Shown here: one piece after another, positions 35,178 to 47,844 of the stretch | Layout of the letters: every line of letters begins with the position of its first letter | Numbering within the stretch: position 1 is the first letter of the stretch | Assembly: GCA_034780895.1 (NCBI GenBank) | Contig: JAUZTB010003499.1 | Span: 62,001-126,000, forward strand | Reading direction: 5' to 3' | Source of the DNA: Rhynchobatus australiae | Lineage: Eukaryota | DNA length: 64,000 nucleotides | Position numbers and translations under genes: made by a program | The notes under the pieces: model-generated | What the model was told of the DNA's origin: nothing | Seen by the model: the letters and a program-made list of their open reading frames with translations, nothing else | Database searches by the model: none

Positions 35178-37919
35178 ATGAAAAAAAGCCGAAGCAGCTT
35201 TTTAATTTTGAGTAGTCTCTTTTTAAGTCCACTACCGTTTCTAGCTGCAATTAGTTGTTCTTCGAGTGCTAATAATTCCCAGGAAAATGATCCTTTTCAA
35301 GAACAATTAAACCAAGGTTGAAAATTAGTCTTTAAAAATAACGAAATGACTAATGATCTTGATTTTGCAAAGTTAAGTGCTTTAGTCAAAAATGCCTCAG
35401 CTCAAGAAATAGTAAAAATTTTTGAAGATCGTTTTCAACTCTTAATAAAAGAAGCCCACGGTGATCATTATCACTATGAAGCACTAAAAATGCCAAAAAA
35501 CTGAAGCATAGTTTGGAATTTAGACCATGAAAAACAAACATTACATTTAGATTTTCACAAAGATCAGCAGTCAATGCACCAAGAAAGTGTTGATTTAAAA
35601 GCTTTGTTTGCGGCCCGTTTTAGTAAACAAAGCCTAGATGCTTATCTTCATCAACTTCTTCATAATGAAAATAGCAAAAAAGAAAACCAAATTTTAGTAA
35701 CACTAAATAATGATGGTACTAATTCGCACTACAGTCTTCAAGAAATTACTAATTTCTTTAGTGACCCTAGTAAAATTAGTGAACACCGTGCTAAATTTTT
35801 AGAAGTTTTTTCTTTAGTGCAAAATAAATTACACGATGATCATTATCATCAAGTTAGTTTAAATTTACCTCTAAATTTCGATTTAGAACTAAAAGCTTCT
35901 AAAAAAGACAACCATTTTAAAATTTATCTTAAACAAAACGGCGTTAAAAAACTACTAACTGAAGTTGACTTTAGCAAACTTTTTGCTACTGAAAATTTTA
36001 CTTTAAGTGAATACATTAAAGAATTGCGCGATAATAAAGGCACTGATCTAAAAAATGAGATCATGCTTGAGTTTAAGCCTAATCTCGATCATGCTGCTTA
36101 TCCTTTAGCTAAAATTCAAGAAATTATAAACACTAGCACTAATCAGCACCAAGCTTTAGCACAAATTTTTAATTTTAAAGTTAAAAAACTACACATTGAC
36201 CATTACCATTATGAGCCTCTTAATTTAAAAGCTAATATTAAAATGGTCTTTGAAGCTAATACTAATAGTCAATACGATTTATATTTTAAAAGTGCTGATC
36301 AAAAACTCTTAGTGCAAACTATTGATATTGCAAAACTTTATGATAATGAAGCTGATCAAAGACTTTTAAGTCAATGATTTAATGACAATCGTCAAGGTAT
36401 GCAAATTGTTTTTAAAGAAGGAGCGGAGGTTTTAACTTGAGAAGAGTTTCGCCATTTAATTAATACTAATTCGCACTATGCTGATGATCGCGCTTTTTTT
36501 CAGCAACACTTACAATTAATTAAAATACAAAATCAAGGGCGAGAAATTTTGGATTTCCCTGAAGGGGCAAAAATCGTTATTGAAGATCGCAATCTTGGTA
36601 ATCATGATTTAGTGCAAATTATTGTTTTTAAAAATGATGCTTCTTTAAGACGTGATCAAGCTTTAGCTTTTCATTATCATCAACACTTTAATGCTTATCT
36701 TAATAGTTTAGAGCAAAGCCAAATCAGCCAATTAAGTATGGAGCGCTTTAGTAATTTATTAAAAGACCGAATCGAAATTGTTCCTAAAGAAATTCTTAGT
36801 TCCATGACTGATCGCGAAACAATTTTACGCGCTTTAAAAGCGATTACTAATCTTGATAATAATCAAAGACTTTTAGATTTAGAAAAATATTTTAGCTTTA
36901 AATTAAGAAAAGCAAACCAAAACTTAATGACTTTAAATTTAAGAAACGCTAATTTTGAAATTGGCTGAACTTATGATGCAATAAATCAAGCTTTTAACTT
37001 AGTAATGGTTAAGCAAGAAGTAACTAAGAAGTTGCTTACTTTTAGTTTAGAAACTCATTTTCCAGAACTTTTTGCCGCCAATGAAGTAGTTAAAGCGGAA
37101 CGTCAAAATCAAGAATTTATTAACCAATATCAAAATAAAGTAATTTTCAAAACTATTTCTGAGCGTGCTTTTGCCACTTTAGAAGATTTAAAAGCAGCTA
37201 TTAAAACATTAGTTAAAATTACTAATAGACAAGCACGTAGATTAGCCTTTACTAATATTTTAACTGCCCACTACTATGAGCCAAATGGTACTTTATCAGC
37301 TTTAGAGTTTCCCCAAAACCTTTATGATTATGAGTTTAACTACAATGAAGCAGAAGCCACTTTAAATCTTGCTTTAATACTTAAACGCGGCGTTCAACTG
37401 AAAAATAAAAAAACTTATCAGTTCAAAAAAATTAATTTGCAAAATTTGTTAAACTCACAAGCGAGCCCAACTTCGGAAGCAATTAAAAGCTTATCCTTAA
37501 AAGCTTTTAGTGAAACTTATAAAGACAGTTTATTTTTAGAACTTAAAGAAGCTATTAGTCACTGAACAGAAGCAACTTTAAAAGAAGCTATCGATAAGAT
37601 CGCAAAAATGAAAGGCTTTGTTAAGCAACTTGCGGAATTTAAAAAAATTTTTAAATTCAAAGTGCAAAAAGAAAATCAAACTTACCAAGGCTTACCACAA
37701 AAAACACACGGTTTAGTTTTATGGAAAAATAAATACAGCGCTCAAGCTAATGATTATGGTTATTTAGTAACTTTAACTTTAGTAAATAGTTTAAGTGATA
37801 AAAACGTCACTTTAGGAGAAGATGAAAGCGCCAAAATTTACATTGTGGGACAAATTAAATTCAATGATCTTTGAAGCGAACTAAATGCTAATAATAATTA
37901 TCGAATTAAGCCCCGCTAA
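35178..37919 (+). CDS. Repeat-domain surface lipoprotein with three histidine-triad (HxxHxH) motifs
   Basis: MKKSRSSFLILSSLFLSPLPFLAAISC lipobox; HGDHYH (35457), HDDHYH (35832), HIDHYH (36192); one frame through TGA; AAGGA RBS. Confidence 0.85.
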
Positions 37920-37928
37920 TTAAAATTT

Positions 37929-37956
37929 AAAAAGTTACTAATGTAACTTTTTTTTA
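37929..37956. terminator. Bidirectional terminator
   Basis: aaaaagttac-taat-gtaacttttt plus T run. Confidence 0.65.
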
Positions 37957-38014
37957 TTTAAAAATAATAAAAACGTTTAGGGCTAAAGCTAAAAAGCTAA
38001 AAACTTATAATTAA

Positions 38015-39042
38015 ATCAAGCTTTTGCTTTAAAAAATTGCTTTATTCAAAAAATAAGTGTAAGGTTAAGTCTTTACTAACTTTTTTTTGTTAGTAATTGC
38101 CTTCATTATCAAGATAAAAAATGTCATAAGTAACTTTATTTAAAGGAAAAATAAAGTTATTTGCGAATTATTTTTATCAGCTTGAGACTCGATTTGTTAT
38201 AAGGGTGAAAACTTAAATTACACTTAAAGAAAAGTTCTTTATTAATCTTCAAAGCCTCAGGATTAAGTAAATGATCAAGAATGTATTTTAGTTCTTGTAA
38301 ATAAATTTTGCTTCATTTTTGATCATTATCAAAAATTAGCTTTTGCGCTAAAGCCTTTGCGATTGAGCTTAAGTGTTCTTTTGAAATTCTTAAATTGTGG
38401 TGCTATATCACTAATTTGTTTATCAAATAAAGCTTCTAAACCATTATCATTAAAATTAAGCATTTCAAAACTCTTAGTTTGACTTGTAAGTCTTGTTTTT
38501 CGCTGCTACAAAAATAAAGTTAATTTATGATTAATAATAATCACACTGCGATATCGATGAACTTCAACACTTTCAATTTCAATATCAAAATTTAAATTTT
38601 AAGGATTGTTTAAAAATTCTTGCTCTACTAAAAGGTTATCAATTGAATCACTTTTTAAAGTAAAATTTTTAAAAAGACGCTGCTTATTTGTTCATAATTA
38701 ATACTTATTTTATTTAAAATAATTTCAAAATCACTAAATTGTAGCCTTTTGAGAATTACTATTAATTTTTTTATTGAGAAAGAAACTATTTTTGAAATTT
38801 TCAAAGGAGATAAAGTTTTCAAAAAAACGCTAAGTCTTAGAAATAGAAAATTCAAGATTGTAAAGATTTAAAATTTCTTAGTTACTTTGGGAAATATTTT
38901 CATTACTAATTGCTAAAACGTTTTCCTGATTGCTTGGAGATGAAGAATCTAGAAAATTGCGATTAGTTACTAAAAGAGCAATAGCGACAAGGTGAAGAAG
39001 CGCATAACTTAGTATTGGCAAGATCTTTTTATAATTTTGCAT
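38015..39042 (-). pseudogene. Decayed paralog of the C-terminal half of the adjacent repeat surface protein
   Basis: DNA blocks at ~38015-38700 match ~40060-40750 (e.g. ttttgatcattatcaaaaat); ATG with signal-like helix at 39042, early TAA and frameshifts. Confidence 0.7.
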
Positions 39043-39343
39043 AACTAAATTTGTTCCTTTCGCTTAATCTTAACTAATAATTTTTTGATTAAAATTTAAT
39101 ATTAATTAAATTATTAAATATAAAAATTTTAGTAATAAAAAGAACTAGGATTCAATTAAACAAAGAAGATTTCTAAAAAATTTCAGATATCTTCTTTTAA
39201 TTAAATTTAAAAAAATTATTTTTCTTTATTAAAATTGTCTAAGCGCCGTGACTGAGCTTCTTTAATAAAAGTTTTAATTAATAAAAAAATTAAAAATAAC
39301 TTTTTTTTACTTTCACAAACACTATTAAAAAAAGCGCAATAAA

Positions 39344-39370
39344 AAAAAGTTACTTAATTAAGTAACTTTT
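39344..39370 (-). terminator. Terminator of the large surface protein gene
   Basis: aaaagttactt-aatt-aagtaactttt inverted repeat flanked by A/T runs. Confidence 0.65.
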
Positions 39371-39383
39371 GATTTTGTATTTA

Positions 39384-42300
39384 TTAATTTTGCGCTAAAT
39401 TAATTCAGAAACTATTTTCTAGTTCTTGAAATTGATATTGCTCGTTTTCAATGAGCGCATTTTTTAAAGTGTAATTAATTTTGATGGAAAATCTTTTTTG
39501 CTGTTTTTCATCAATAAAAGTACCAAATCTATTTGTAAATTTAAAGCTAATGTTATGATTGAATAAAACGCGCGCATAGTTTCTTAGTTTTTCTGCATTA
39601 GTATTTTCTAAATTATCCAAAATTTGCATAAGTACTTTTCTAAAAAGCTGTGATCAAGCAGTTTTACTCAGTAAACTGTTTTTTTCATTAGTTAATTTCT
39701 TTAAAATATCATCAAAATTATTCGTATTTAATAATAAATTATTAGTTCCCAAATTAATAAGCTTAGCTTTAATAAGCTCTCAATAATTAGGATCTACTAA
39801 ATTGCTAATTTTAAAATGGCGCCTTTGACTTTTTATTTTTTGATTAGAAGAATTAGTAATTTCTAATTGATAATTAAGCTTAATAGTATTCAGTTCACGA
39901 TCGGTTTCTAAACTAATAATTTTTAGTTCTGGATTAGTCTCGCTTAAAGGGCCGCTAAAGGAAATGTTGATATTAGGATTATTTACTCAGTCACTTTTTT
40001 CATCAAGATCGTTAAAAACGCGCCCTAAATTATTAATCTGGAAATCTACTCGGGTTGCGTCTAGCTTTGCTTTAGTAATTCCTTGGGAATTATTAGGATA
40101 GAAAAATAAGTATAAAGTCAAGTCTTTGTGCAACGTTTTTTGCTGGTAGCGGCCTTCGCTATCAAGATAACGAATTTGATAAGTTAACGTATTAATAGGG
40201 AAAAATAAGGTAATATCAGAATCTAATTCATCACTTTGTGGACTAATTTGCTGATAAGGGTGAATACTAAAATTACTTTTAAAGAAAAGCTCTTCGTTAA
40301 TATTTAAACTTGAGCGATTAATTAAATTAGCAAAAATGTATTTTAATTTTTGCAAATAAAGTTTTGTTCATTTTTGATCATTATCAAAAATAAGGTTTTG
40401 GTATAAAGCTCTTAAGGCGCTTAAATGGTTTTTAGTTAAGCTGAGCCTCTGTCTTTGTAAATTATTAAGCTGCTCATTAATCTCATTTTCTAAATCATTA
40501 TCCACAAAATTGATTACTTCATAACTTTTAAGTGAACTTTCTAAGCTTCTGTTGGCTTCGTTTAAAAATAAAGTTAATTTGTAATTAACTGTTATGGCAC
40601 CGCGATAACGATGAGTTGCTATACTTACAATTTCAAGATTAAAAGCTAAATTTTGCGGATTGTTGATAATTTCTTGTCTTACTTTTGAATTATTAAGCCA
40701 ATTATTTTTTAATTTAAAATGTTTAAAAATGCGTTGCTGATCGTTAATTGAAAAACGTGCCGAAGCTTTTGCTAGCTGTTTTTCTGTTTCAACAATTTTT
40801 TGCGCTAATCTTTCTTGATCGAGAGTGCTTTGTCTTTTAAAATTAGCAATACTAAAACGATGATTAGCTCTTAAAGGAGCTTCTGAGCGGCCATAATAAA
40901 TGAGCTGATAATAAATGATAAGACTAAAAAAGCCTTCAGCATTTTCGGCTTCAGTTTCTAAACTAGTAACTTTAATGTCGATTAAGTTAGGCTCTAAAGT
41001 AGTTACTAAAGTTTTATTAATTTGAGAGTTCGAATTTCATTTGGCAACACTATCAAAGTTCTCAAAAATGAGTGGACTTTGCGCAATGCTAAAATTGACA
41101 GTCGAATTTTCTAATTTTCTTAAATCAAGCGTAGCTTTATCAAAAAAGCCGGAAACACTAAAAGTTTTATTTTGCGAATGAATTTGCGGATCGGATTTAG
41201 AAACTAATTGATAAGTAATAACTAAACTGAAAGACCCATTTGCTAAAGGTGCGCTGCGCGCTACTTTAGTAATATTAAGATCAAAATCAGTTAATTGCAG
41301 CGCCCCAGAAGCGCTTTTAGTAATTGCTAAGTTGTTATTAATTTTTTGCGCACTATTAAAATGATCATAAATTTTAGCAAGATTGTTAAAGTTATAACTA
41401 ACCTCAGTAGCCTCTAGCTTTGCTAAGGCAATTTCGTTTTTCGTTTTAAAACCTCTAATAGTTAAAGTTTTCGTTGTTTTTAAATTGTAAGTATTATTTT
41501 TAGGACTAATTTCATAAGTGAGTTGCAGCGTCAAAGTTTGCGCTTCTGCAGTTCTTAATTTTTTAACACTAAGAAAACGATAATTAATTTGTGAAAGATT
41601 AAGGTTTCCTTGCGCTTCAAGATTAAGGTTTTGATTTTCGTTTCACTGCTGAGCAGCTTTAAAATCTTCATAAACTTTTGCTTCAGGCTGAAGCGAAATT
41701 GTCAGTGAAGTAGTTTCTAAGTTTTTTTCTATAAGCGAAATTTCGCTATTAAAATTAGCAATTTGCAATTGCGCTTCATGAGTTAAAATTTCTTCTTGAG
41801 AAACTTGATAAAGCAGCCGATAAGTTAAAACTAATGGAAAATGATGATCAATTTCTCTACCTTTTTCAATTCTAATAATTTGCAGCTGCAAATTATTTCT
41901 TTCTAGTTGAGTATTAAAAGTTATAAATTGATTATCGAGTGAGTTTCACTTTTCTAAAGTATTAAAATTTTCATAATGACGTTGACTTGGAGCTAAAGAG
42001 ATATTAACTGTAGTGTTTTGTAATTTTCTTAAATTAATAGTTTTAGCACTTTCAAGACCTTCTAAATTAAAAGTTTTAGGATGAGAAACTAAAAGCGTGT
42101 TGCTATCAGGACTAATTTGCTTTAAAAGATAAGTTATCATTAGGACAATTTTATTAGCTTTTATTTCTTGAGCCACCTTTGTGACTTCTAAATTAACGTT
42201 TTGCAAATCAGGTTCTAAAGTGTAGCGCGTTTTTAATGAATTGTTTCAGTCGCTCAGTTTAAGATAATCGTCTACTAAAGTAGAACTTTGATTAGTTCTA

Positions 42301-43076
42301 AAGTTAGCGCTAATACTATTAAGTTTTTCTAAATGAGCTTCATCAGAAGATATAAAACCACTAATAGTCGCTTCTTTTGCTTGGCTAGTAATTCCGTCTT
42401 TACTTAAAGTGTAAGTTATCGCAATCGTTTTTTGCTCAGTATTAACACGCAAGTTTAGAAATTGCAGCTGCAGCATCTCTAAAGTAAAGGCGGCTGGTTC
42501 TTCAGTTGTAACTAAAGTTTTACTAATTTGCGAATTATTTTCTCAAGCGCTCAGTTGATTAAATCTTTCTAATTGTTTATTTTCTGGATCAATATTAAAT
42601 TGAACCTGATAATTAGCAAAAGAGTCAGCCGTGATTGGCTTTGGTTTTTCTGAATTTTGGTTTTGATTGGTAGTTTTATCTTTTGAGATAAAACCATTAA
42701 TAGTAAAAGTTTTGCTATCACTAGCAGCTTCATCGGTATAAAGAACATAAGCAATTTCTAAACTATGATTGTTGTTCTTTTTGGTAAGTTTATTAATTTT
42801 GTACTTTATATTTAGCTCTGTAACATTAATCTTTTGCTTTTTACTATCATAAAATGTCGTTTCCACTAAAGAATTAGTTTTTCGAAAAGCAAAGTTATTT
42901 TCAAAATCTTCAATGTATTTAGGATTTTGTTTAATTTCAAATTTTAAACTGTAACTATTCAGTTCAGCTTTTGTAATGGTTCCTTTTTTTTCGGCTGTAA
43001 CTACTGAAACAGTAACTGCAGGAATTGCAACTCCTGTCCCAATAGTGGCAGCCGTTAAGATTATTTTCTTATTCAC
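39384..43076 (-). CDS. ~1230-aa membrane-anchored surface protein with tandem ~100-aa beta-rich repeats (lipoprotein-17-like)
   Basis: N-terminal hydrophobic anchor without lipobox Cys; recurring Y.L...S..KTF.I.GF motif about every 300 nt; seven ORF-track pieces share one frame. Confidence 0.8.
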
Positions 43077-43405
43077 AATAAAATTAAAATCTCCTAAAAT
43101 AATTAATTTACTTTTAAAATATTAAAATTTTAAGTTAATTATTAATAGTTTCTACTTTGATAGCTTAATTATATGAAATTGAATTTCCCTTTTTTCCTTT
43201 TAAACTTTCTTAGAAACTTAGCAGCTTACACTTTCAAAAGACTGCTTTTTCGCTAAATAAATAAATTTTTTGCACGTATTTCAGTTTCTTATTTGCGTCA
43301 GAACCTATGATATCATAAAAAAACTAAAAAATAATGAAAATTTTCATAGTTCATTATTATTTGTATTAATTTTTTACTTTTTTTAAATAAATTTTTATTG
43401 AAAAT

Positions 43406-43903
43406 TTATTTTTTAGTCAATATTTGTTGATAAGCCAAACGTTTTATTATCTCAATATGCTGCGGATATAAATTTATTAAATCTTTTTGTGAAAATAATT
43501 CAAAATCAGCAAAAGTAAATCCCGGAGAAACAACACAACTTACTAGCGCATAATTTGTCTCAACTGATGAAGCAAAAATTGTTCCTGCCGCTACGTTTCA
43601 AGACAATTTTTGTCCTTTATGTAGCTCAGGCCCAATCACTATCGCTTCGTATTTACCATCTGGATATATGTTATGTATAGTTAAAGGAGAACCAGCATGG
43701 TAAAACCATTTCTCATCTGCTGTTAGTCTATGAAAACGTGAAGGATTATCTTGAGTCAGCAAAAATAAACAAGAGCTGTTTAGAGAGCGATAACCTTTAT
43801 CGGTATAAATTGTTTGCTTAGTTTCACCAGTTTCTTGATAAAATCCACCTTCAGGATGAGGCATTAAATTTAGTTCTTTTAGCCAATAATTATGATCCTT
43901 CAT
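43406..43903 (-). CDS. Cupin (DUF985/Cupin_5 type)
   Basis: L.LMPHPEGGFYQET, SRFHRLTADEKWFYHAG, LVSCVVSPGFTFADFEL. Confidence 0.88.
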
Positions 43904-44188
43904 AATCCATTATTCTTTCTACTTATTTTAATATTTTTTAATATAAAACTTCAATTTAAGTCTTCAAAACAAGATTAAAAAACAGAAAATTAATTTTTGA
44001 AAACAGTACTTTATACAGCGTTTAACAATATCTAAAAAAATTAATTGTAAAAAAATAAAAAGTCAAATTTAGCTTTGTGATGTTTTAAAAAAACTCAAAA
44101 ATTTTTTTACAATTTCTCTTAATAAACAATTAATTTAAAAAAACTTATTAATTATTTTTAAGTAAAAATAAGAATACAATTTGCTAAA

Positions 44189-45748
44189 TTATTTTGATTT
44201 AGGCGAATCGCTTTTATCATTTTTAGTTTCAGTTTCTTCAGAAATGACATCAAGTGGTTCCTTTTCTGTTTTAGGAATAATATCATAAGGTATTAAGTCT
44301 TTAGGTCTCATTCTATTTTCAATTTGCAATTGTCAGGTCTTAGCAACATTTATGTATGAACTATGTAATTTTCGTGCTTTGGTATCCACTTTGTAAAATT
44401 TATTATCGATTAAACTAGCAAAAGCTTTACGGAAATCATTCCATGATTCAGATCATTCAATAAAGTATTTATTAGCTTTTTCCATTTTTTCTAAGTTTAC
44501 TTTAAGATCTTGCATCGCATTGAAGCGAAGTCCAAAGCCACGAATCGTAAGCACTAACAAAATAATAGTTGAAGGACTTGCGATAACGACTTTTGCCTTT
44601 CAGGCAGCTTCGCGTGCTTTTTCAATAGCGTAAATACGAGCAAAAATCGTTTCACTTGGAATGTAAATAATGAAAAAGTCAAGATTGTAAGGTTCGATAT
44701 AAGTTTTTGAAACTTTTTTAATGTGATTCTCAAAATTTTTGAAAATGGTTGCATCATCATCATGATCGTTAATAAACTTAGAATCAATATAAATTTTGAC
44801 ATCTGAATATTTAATGACAAAATCGGGTCGATTATTGTCATTAGGAGTAATGTGTGGTTGACTTTCTCACATTTCTCCTTCCACACCTAAAATTTGTCTT
44901 AAAATATTTTCTAGAGTAATTTCGCCGACATGACCACGGCGATTACTATTAATAAATAGATCCCTTAGTTCATTGACTGGCCTAGAAAGCTCAGCACTAA
45001 TTTTGGTACTAACTTCGTTCATTGTCGACAAAATCGTTCGTTGTTCTTTTGAAAATTCATTAAATTTATTTTCAAAAATTTCTTTAAATTTCTTTTCGGC
45101 TTCTGCTTCTTTAATTTTAATCAAATCTTCTTTTTCTTTGATTGTCTTATTATTGATATTAATAGTTTCATTCAAAGAACTAATTTGATTTTTTTGTTCC
45201 TCTAAGGTTTTTTCATGATGTTTATTAAGCGTCTCTAAAGAAGCAACTTGTTTTTCTAAAGCTAGTCTTTTTTCACTTTCGCTTTTAATCTGAGTGCGCT
45301 GATAGTTTGTTTGTTCTTGTCAAGCTTGTTTTTTATTCTCAAAAATGGCAAGCTCACTTTTTAAAGAATTAGTTTCTTTGAAGCGTTCTTCTTTTTCCAA
45401 ACTTAATTTGGCATTCAAATCACTCAATTTGCCTTGATTTTTTTCTTGAGCTTCTAAAAACAGTTTTTCTTGAAATTCTTTTTCAGTTAATTTTTTTTGT
45501 GCTGTTTCGTATTTTTCTTTTCACAGCTCTTTGTCTTTATCATTAGTTTGTGAAGCTAAATTATTTTCAAGCTCTTGAATTTTATTTTCTTTTGAAGAGA
45601 GCTTTTTTTTACTCAAAAAAAAGCGCCAAACTAAAAATAGGGCGACTAAAATGGCTAATGCTAAAAGCACACTTAAAAGCGTTAGTCCTATCGTAGTTCC
45701 CGTAGTTGCGCTGCCAACTAAATTACTATTTAAATAAAAATTCATCAT
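44189..45748 (-). CDS. rmuC: DNA recombination protein RmuC
   Basis: N-terminal TM, long coiled coil, RGHVGEITLE.IL, RPDFVI..IYIDSKF, LFIYIPSE, IASPS. Confidence 0.85.
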
Positions 45749-45908
45749 TTACCTTTATAGTTACTTTTTTTCTTATTTACATTATAAGCTAAATATAAAG
45801 ATTTAGGCTAATTGCAAGCTTGTCTAAGAAGTTCGTTTTTATTTAAGTTTTTTTTCTTTTTTTCAGGCTTCTATTTGTTAAAATCTAACTTATCTAATAA
45901 TCAAAAAT

Positions 45909-45975
45909 CACGAATGGGAATTTTTCTAGGTGTGCATTGCGAAGATGTGCTAGAATTTCGAACCATTTGGTAGTC
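45909..45975 (+). ncRNA. Structured rpsB 5' leader (S2 autoregulatory, t44-like)
   Basis: GC-richer stem-loop (ttctag...ctagaa flanked by aatgg/ccatt) between a -10-like box and the rpsB RBS. Confidence 0.5.
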
Positions 45976-46002
45976 TAACAAATTACAAATCAAAAGGAAT
46001 TA

Positions 46003-46932
46003 ATGGAGAAACAGAACTTAACACTTAAAACTAGCGAAAAAACGGTTGAAGACCAAGGCGAACTCATACCTTCATCTTTATTATTGAAAGCTGGAACTTA
46101 TTTTGGTCATCGGACAAAAGAGTGAAATCCGAAAATGAAAAAATTTATTCACTCAAAAAGAAATGGCATTCATATTATTGATGTTGCTAAATCTTTAAAA
46201 GCTCTTGAATGATCCTACAAAATTATTAATCAAGCAGCCGCTAAAGGGGCAACTTTTATTTTCGTGGGCACTAAAAAACACGGAAAAGCCTTAATCAAAG
46301 AAGAGGCCCAAAGATCTAATTCATTTTTTGTTTCTGAAAGATGATTAGGGGGAACCTTAACTAATAGTAAAACGATCTTTAAACAGTTAAAAAAACTACA
46401 TGAGCTTGAAGCTAAAACTGAAGAAGATTTTGAAACTTACACTAAAAAAGAAACAATTCATTTTAAAAAAGAGCTCGAAAAATTACGTAAAAATTTTGAA
46501 GGCATTCGCGATATGAAAAGGCAACCGACTTTTATGATTGCTATTGATCCAATGGGAGATCGTATTGCCGTTACTGAAGCTCGCAAAAAAGGGGTCAAAA
46601 TTATTGGTATTGTTGATACTAATACTGATCCTGATTTAGTTGATTTACCTATTCCTGCTAATGATGATTCTGTTAAATCGTTAAAATTAATTTTAACCAT
46701 TTTAGCTGATGCCATCGTCGCTGCTAAAGGTGGCGAGAGCATTTTAGCTTTTCAGAACAATGAAAACTTTATCTCAGGAGCGAATCACAAAGAAAGACGT
46801 GATCGCGATAATTCTAATTATCGTCGCAACAATAATTATCGTGGGCATAGTGAACAAAATGCAAATTATCGCAATCCAAGACGTCACTATACGAATAATT
46901 ATAAAGGAGCCAAGACTAACGATGAACAGTAA
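46003..46932 (+). CDS. rpsB: 30S ribosomal protein S2 with Arg/Asn-rich tail
   Basis: [42 protein letters not shown]. Confidence 0.97.
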
Positions 46933-47842
46933 GGATAAAACCGCATTAATTAAAGAGTTACGGGAAAGAACGGGAAGCGGTTTTTTAGACGTTCGTCAAG
47001 CTTTAGAAGCTTGCGATTATAAAATAGAAGCAGCTATTGATTTTTTAAAAGAAAAAGGCAAAGTTAAAGCTGCCAAAAAAGCAGGCCGCATCGCTGCGGA
47101 GGGCTTAGTTAGAGTAGCCAAAAATGAGCATAAGGCAATAATTTTTGAGCTTAATTCAGAAACTGATTTTGTCGCTCAAAACCAACAGTTTTTAACTTTA
47201 TTAAATCAAATTGAAACTTTACTTTTGAATAATGCTTTTACTAATTTAGAAGAAGCTTTAATGATTAAAAACGCTGAAGCGAAAACTATTGAAGAGTTAG
47301 TAGTTGCTGCCACAGCCACGATTGGCGAAAAACTTTCCTTAAGACGCGTTCAGGCTTTTCCTTTAAATGACAAAATTGTCGCTGGCATTTATAATCACAC
47401 TAACGGAAAAGTAGCTGCTCTCTTAGTAGTTAAAGGCGAAGCGGTGCAAGAAGCGCGCAATGTAGCCATGCACATTAGTGCCATGAATCCAGAATTTTTA
47501 AGTCAAGAACAAATTCCAGAAAAACGTTTAGAAAAAATTAAAGCGCAAATTCATGAAAAAGTTCTTAATGAACTCAATGAAAATGTTAAACTAAAAAATA
47601 AACCTGAAGAAATTAAAAACAAAATCGCTAAAAGTATGATTAGCGGTAAATTAAACAAAGAATTGTCTGAATTTACTTTGTTAAACCAAGAATTTGTTAT
47701 GGATAATAATTTTAATGTGGCCCAGTATTTAAGCCACAAAGGGCTAACCGCTTTAGTGATGGCGCGTTATGAAGTCGGTGAAGGCATCAGCAAAGAAGCA
47801 ACAGATTTTGCTGCCGAAGTGGCGCAGCAGATGAAAAAGTAG
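46922..47842 (+). CDS. tsf: Elongation factor Ts
   Basis: [42 protein letters not shown]; start corrected to 46922. Confidence 0.97.
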   Translation: MNSKDKTALIKELRERTGSGFLDVRQALEACDYKIEAAIDFLKEKGKVKAAKKAGRIAAEGLVRVAKNEHKAIIFELNSETDFVAQNQQFLTLLNQIETLLLNNAFTNLEEALMIKNAEAKTIEELVVAATATIGEKLSLRRVQAFPLNDKIVAGIYNHTNGKVAALLVVKGEAVQEARNVAMHISAMNPEFLSQEQIPEKRLEKIKAQIHEKVLNELNENVKLKNKPEEIKNKIAKSMISGKLNKELSEFTLLNQEFVMDNNFNVAQYLSHKGLTALVMARYEVGEGISKEATDFAAEVAQQMKK

Positions 47843-47844
47843 TT

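Noticed and set aside
37929-39370. Shared AAAAGTTAC..GTAACTTTT palindromes as inversion or recombination sites
   Set aside because: Position right after stop codons and flanking T/A runs fit ordinary terminators; no recombinase nearby
44554-44886. 110-aa minus-strand ORF suggesting a frameshift in rmuC
   Set aside because: The rmuC frame continues through TGA with intact PD..D.K motifs; this ORF is an off-frame shadow
46760-46921. N-terminal extension of EF-Ts
   Set aside because: Overlaps the rpsB tail; the GGAG-preceded ATG at 46922 fits the canonical start
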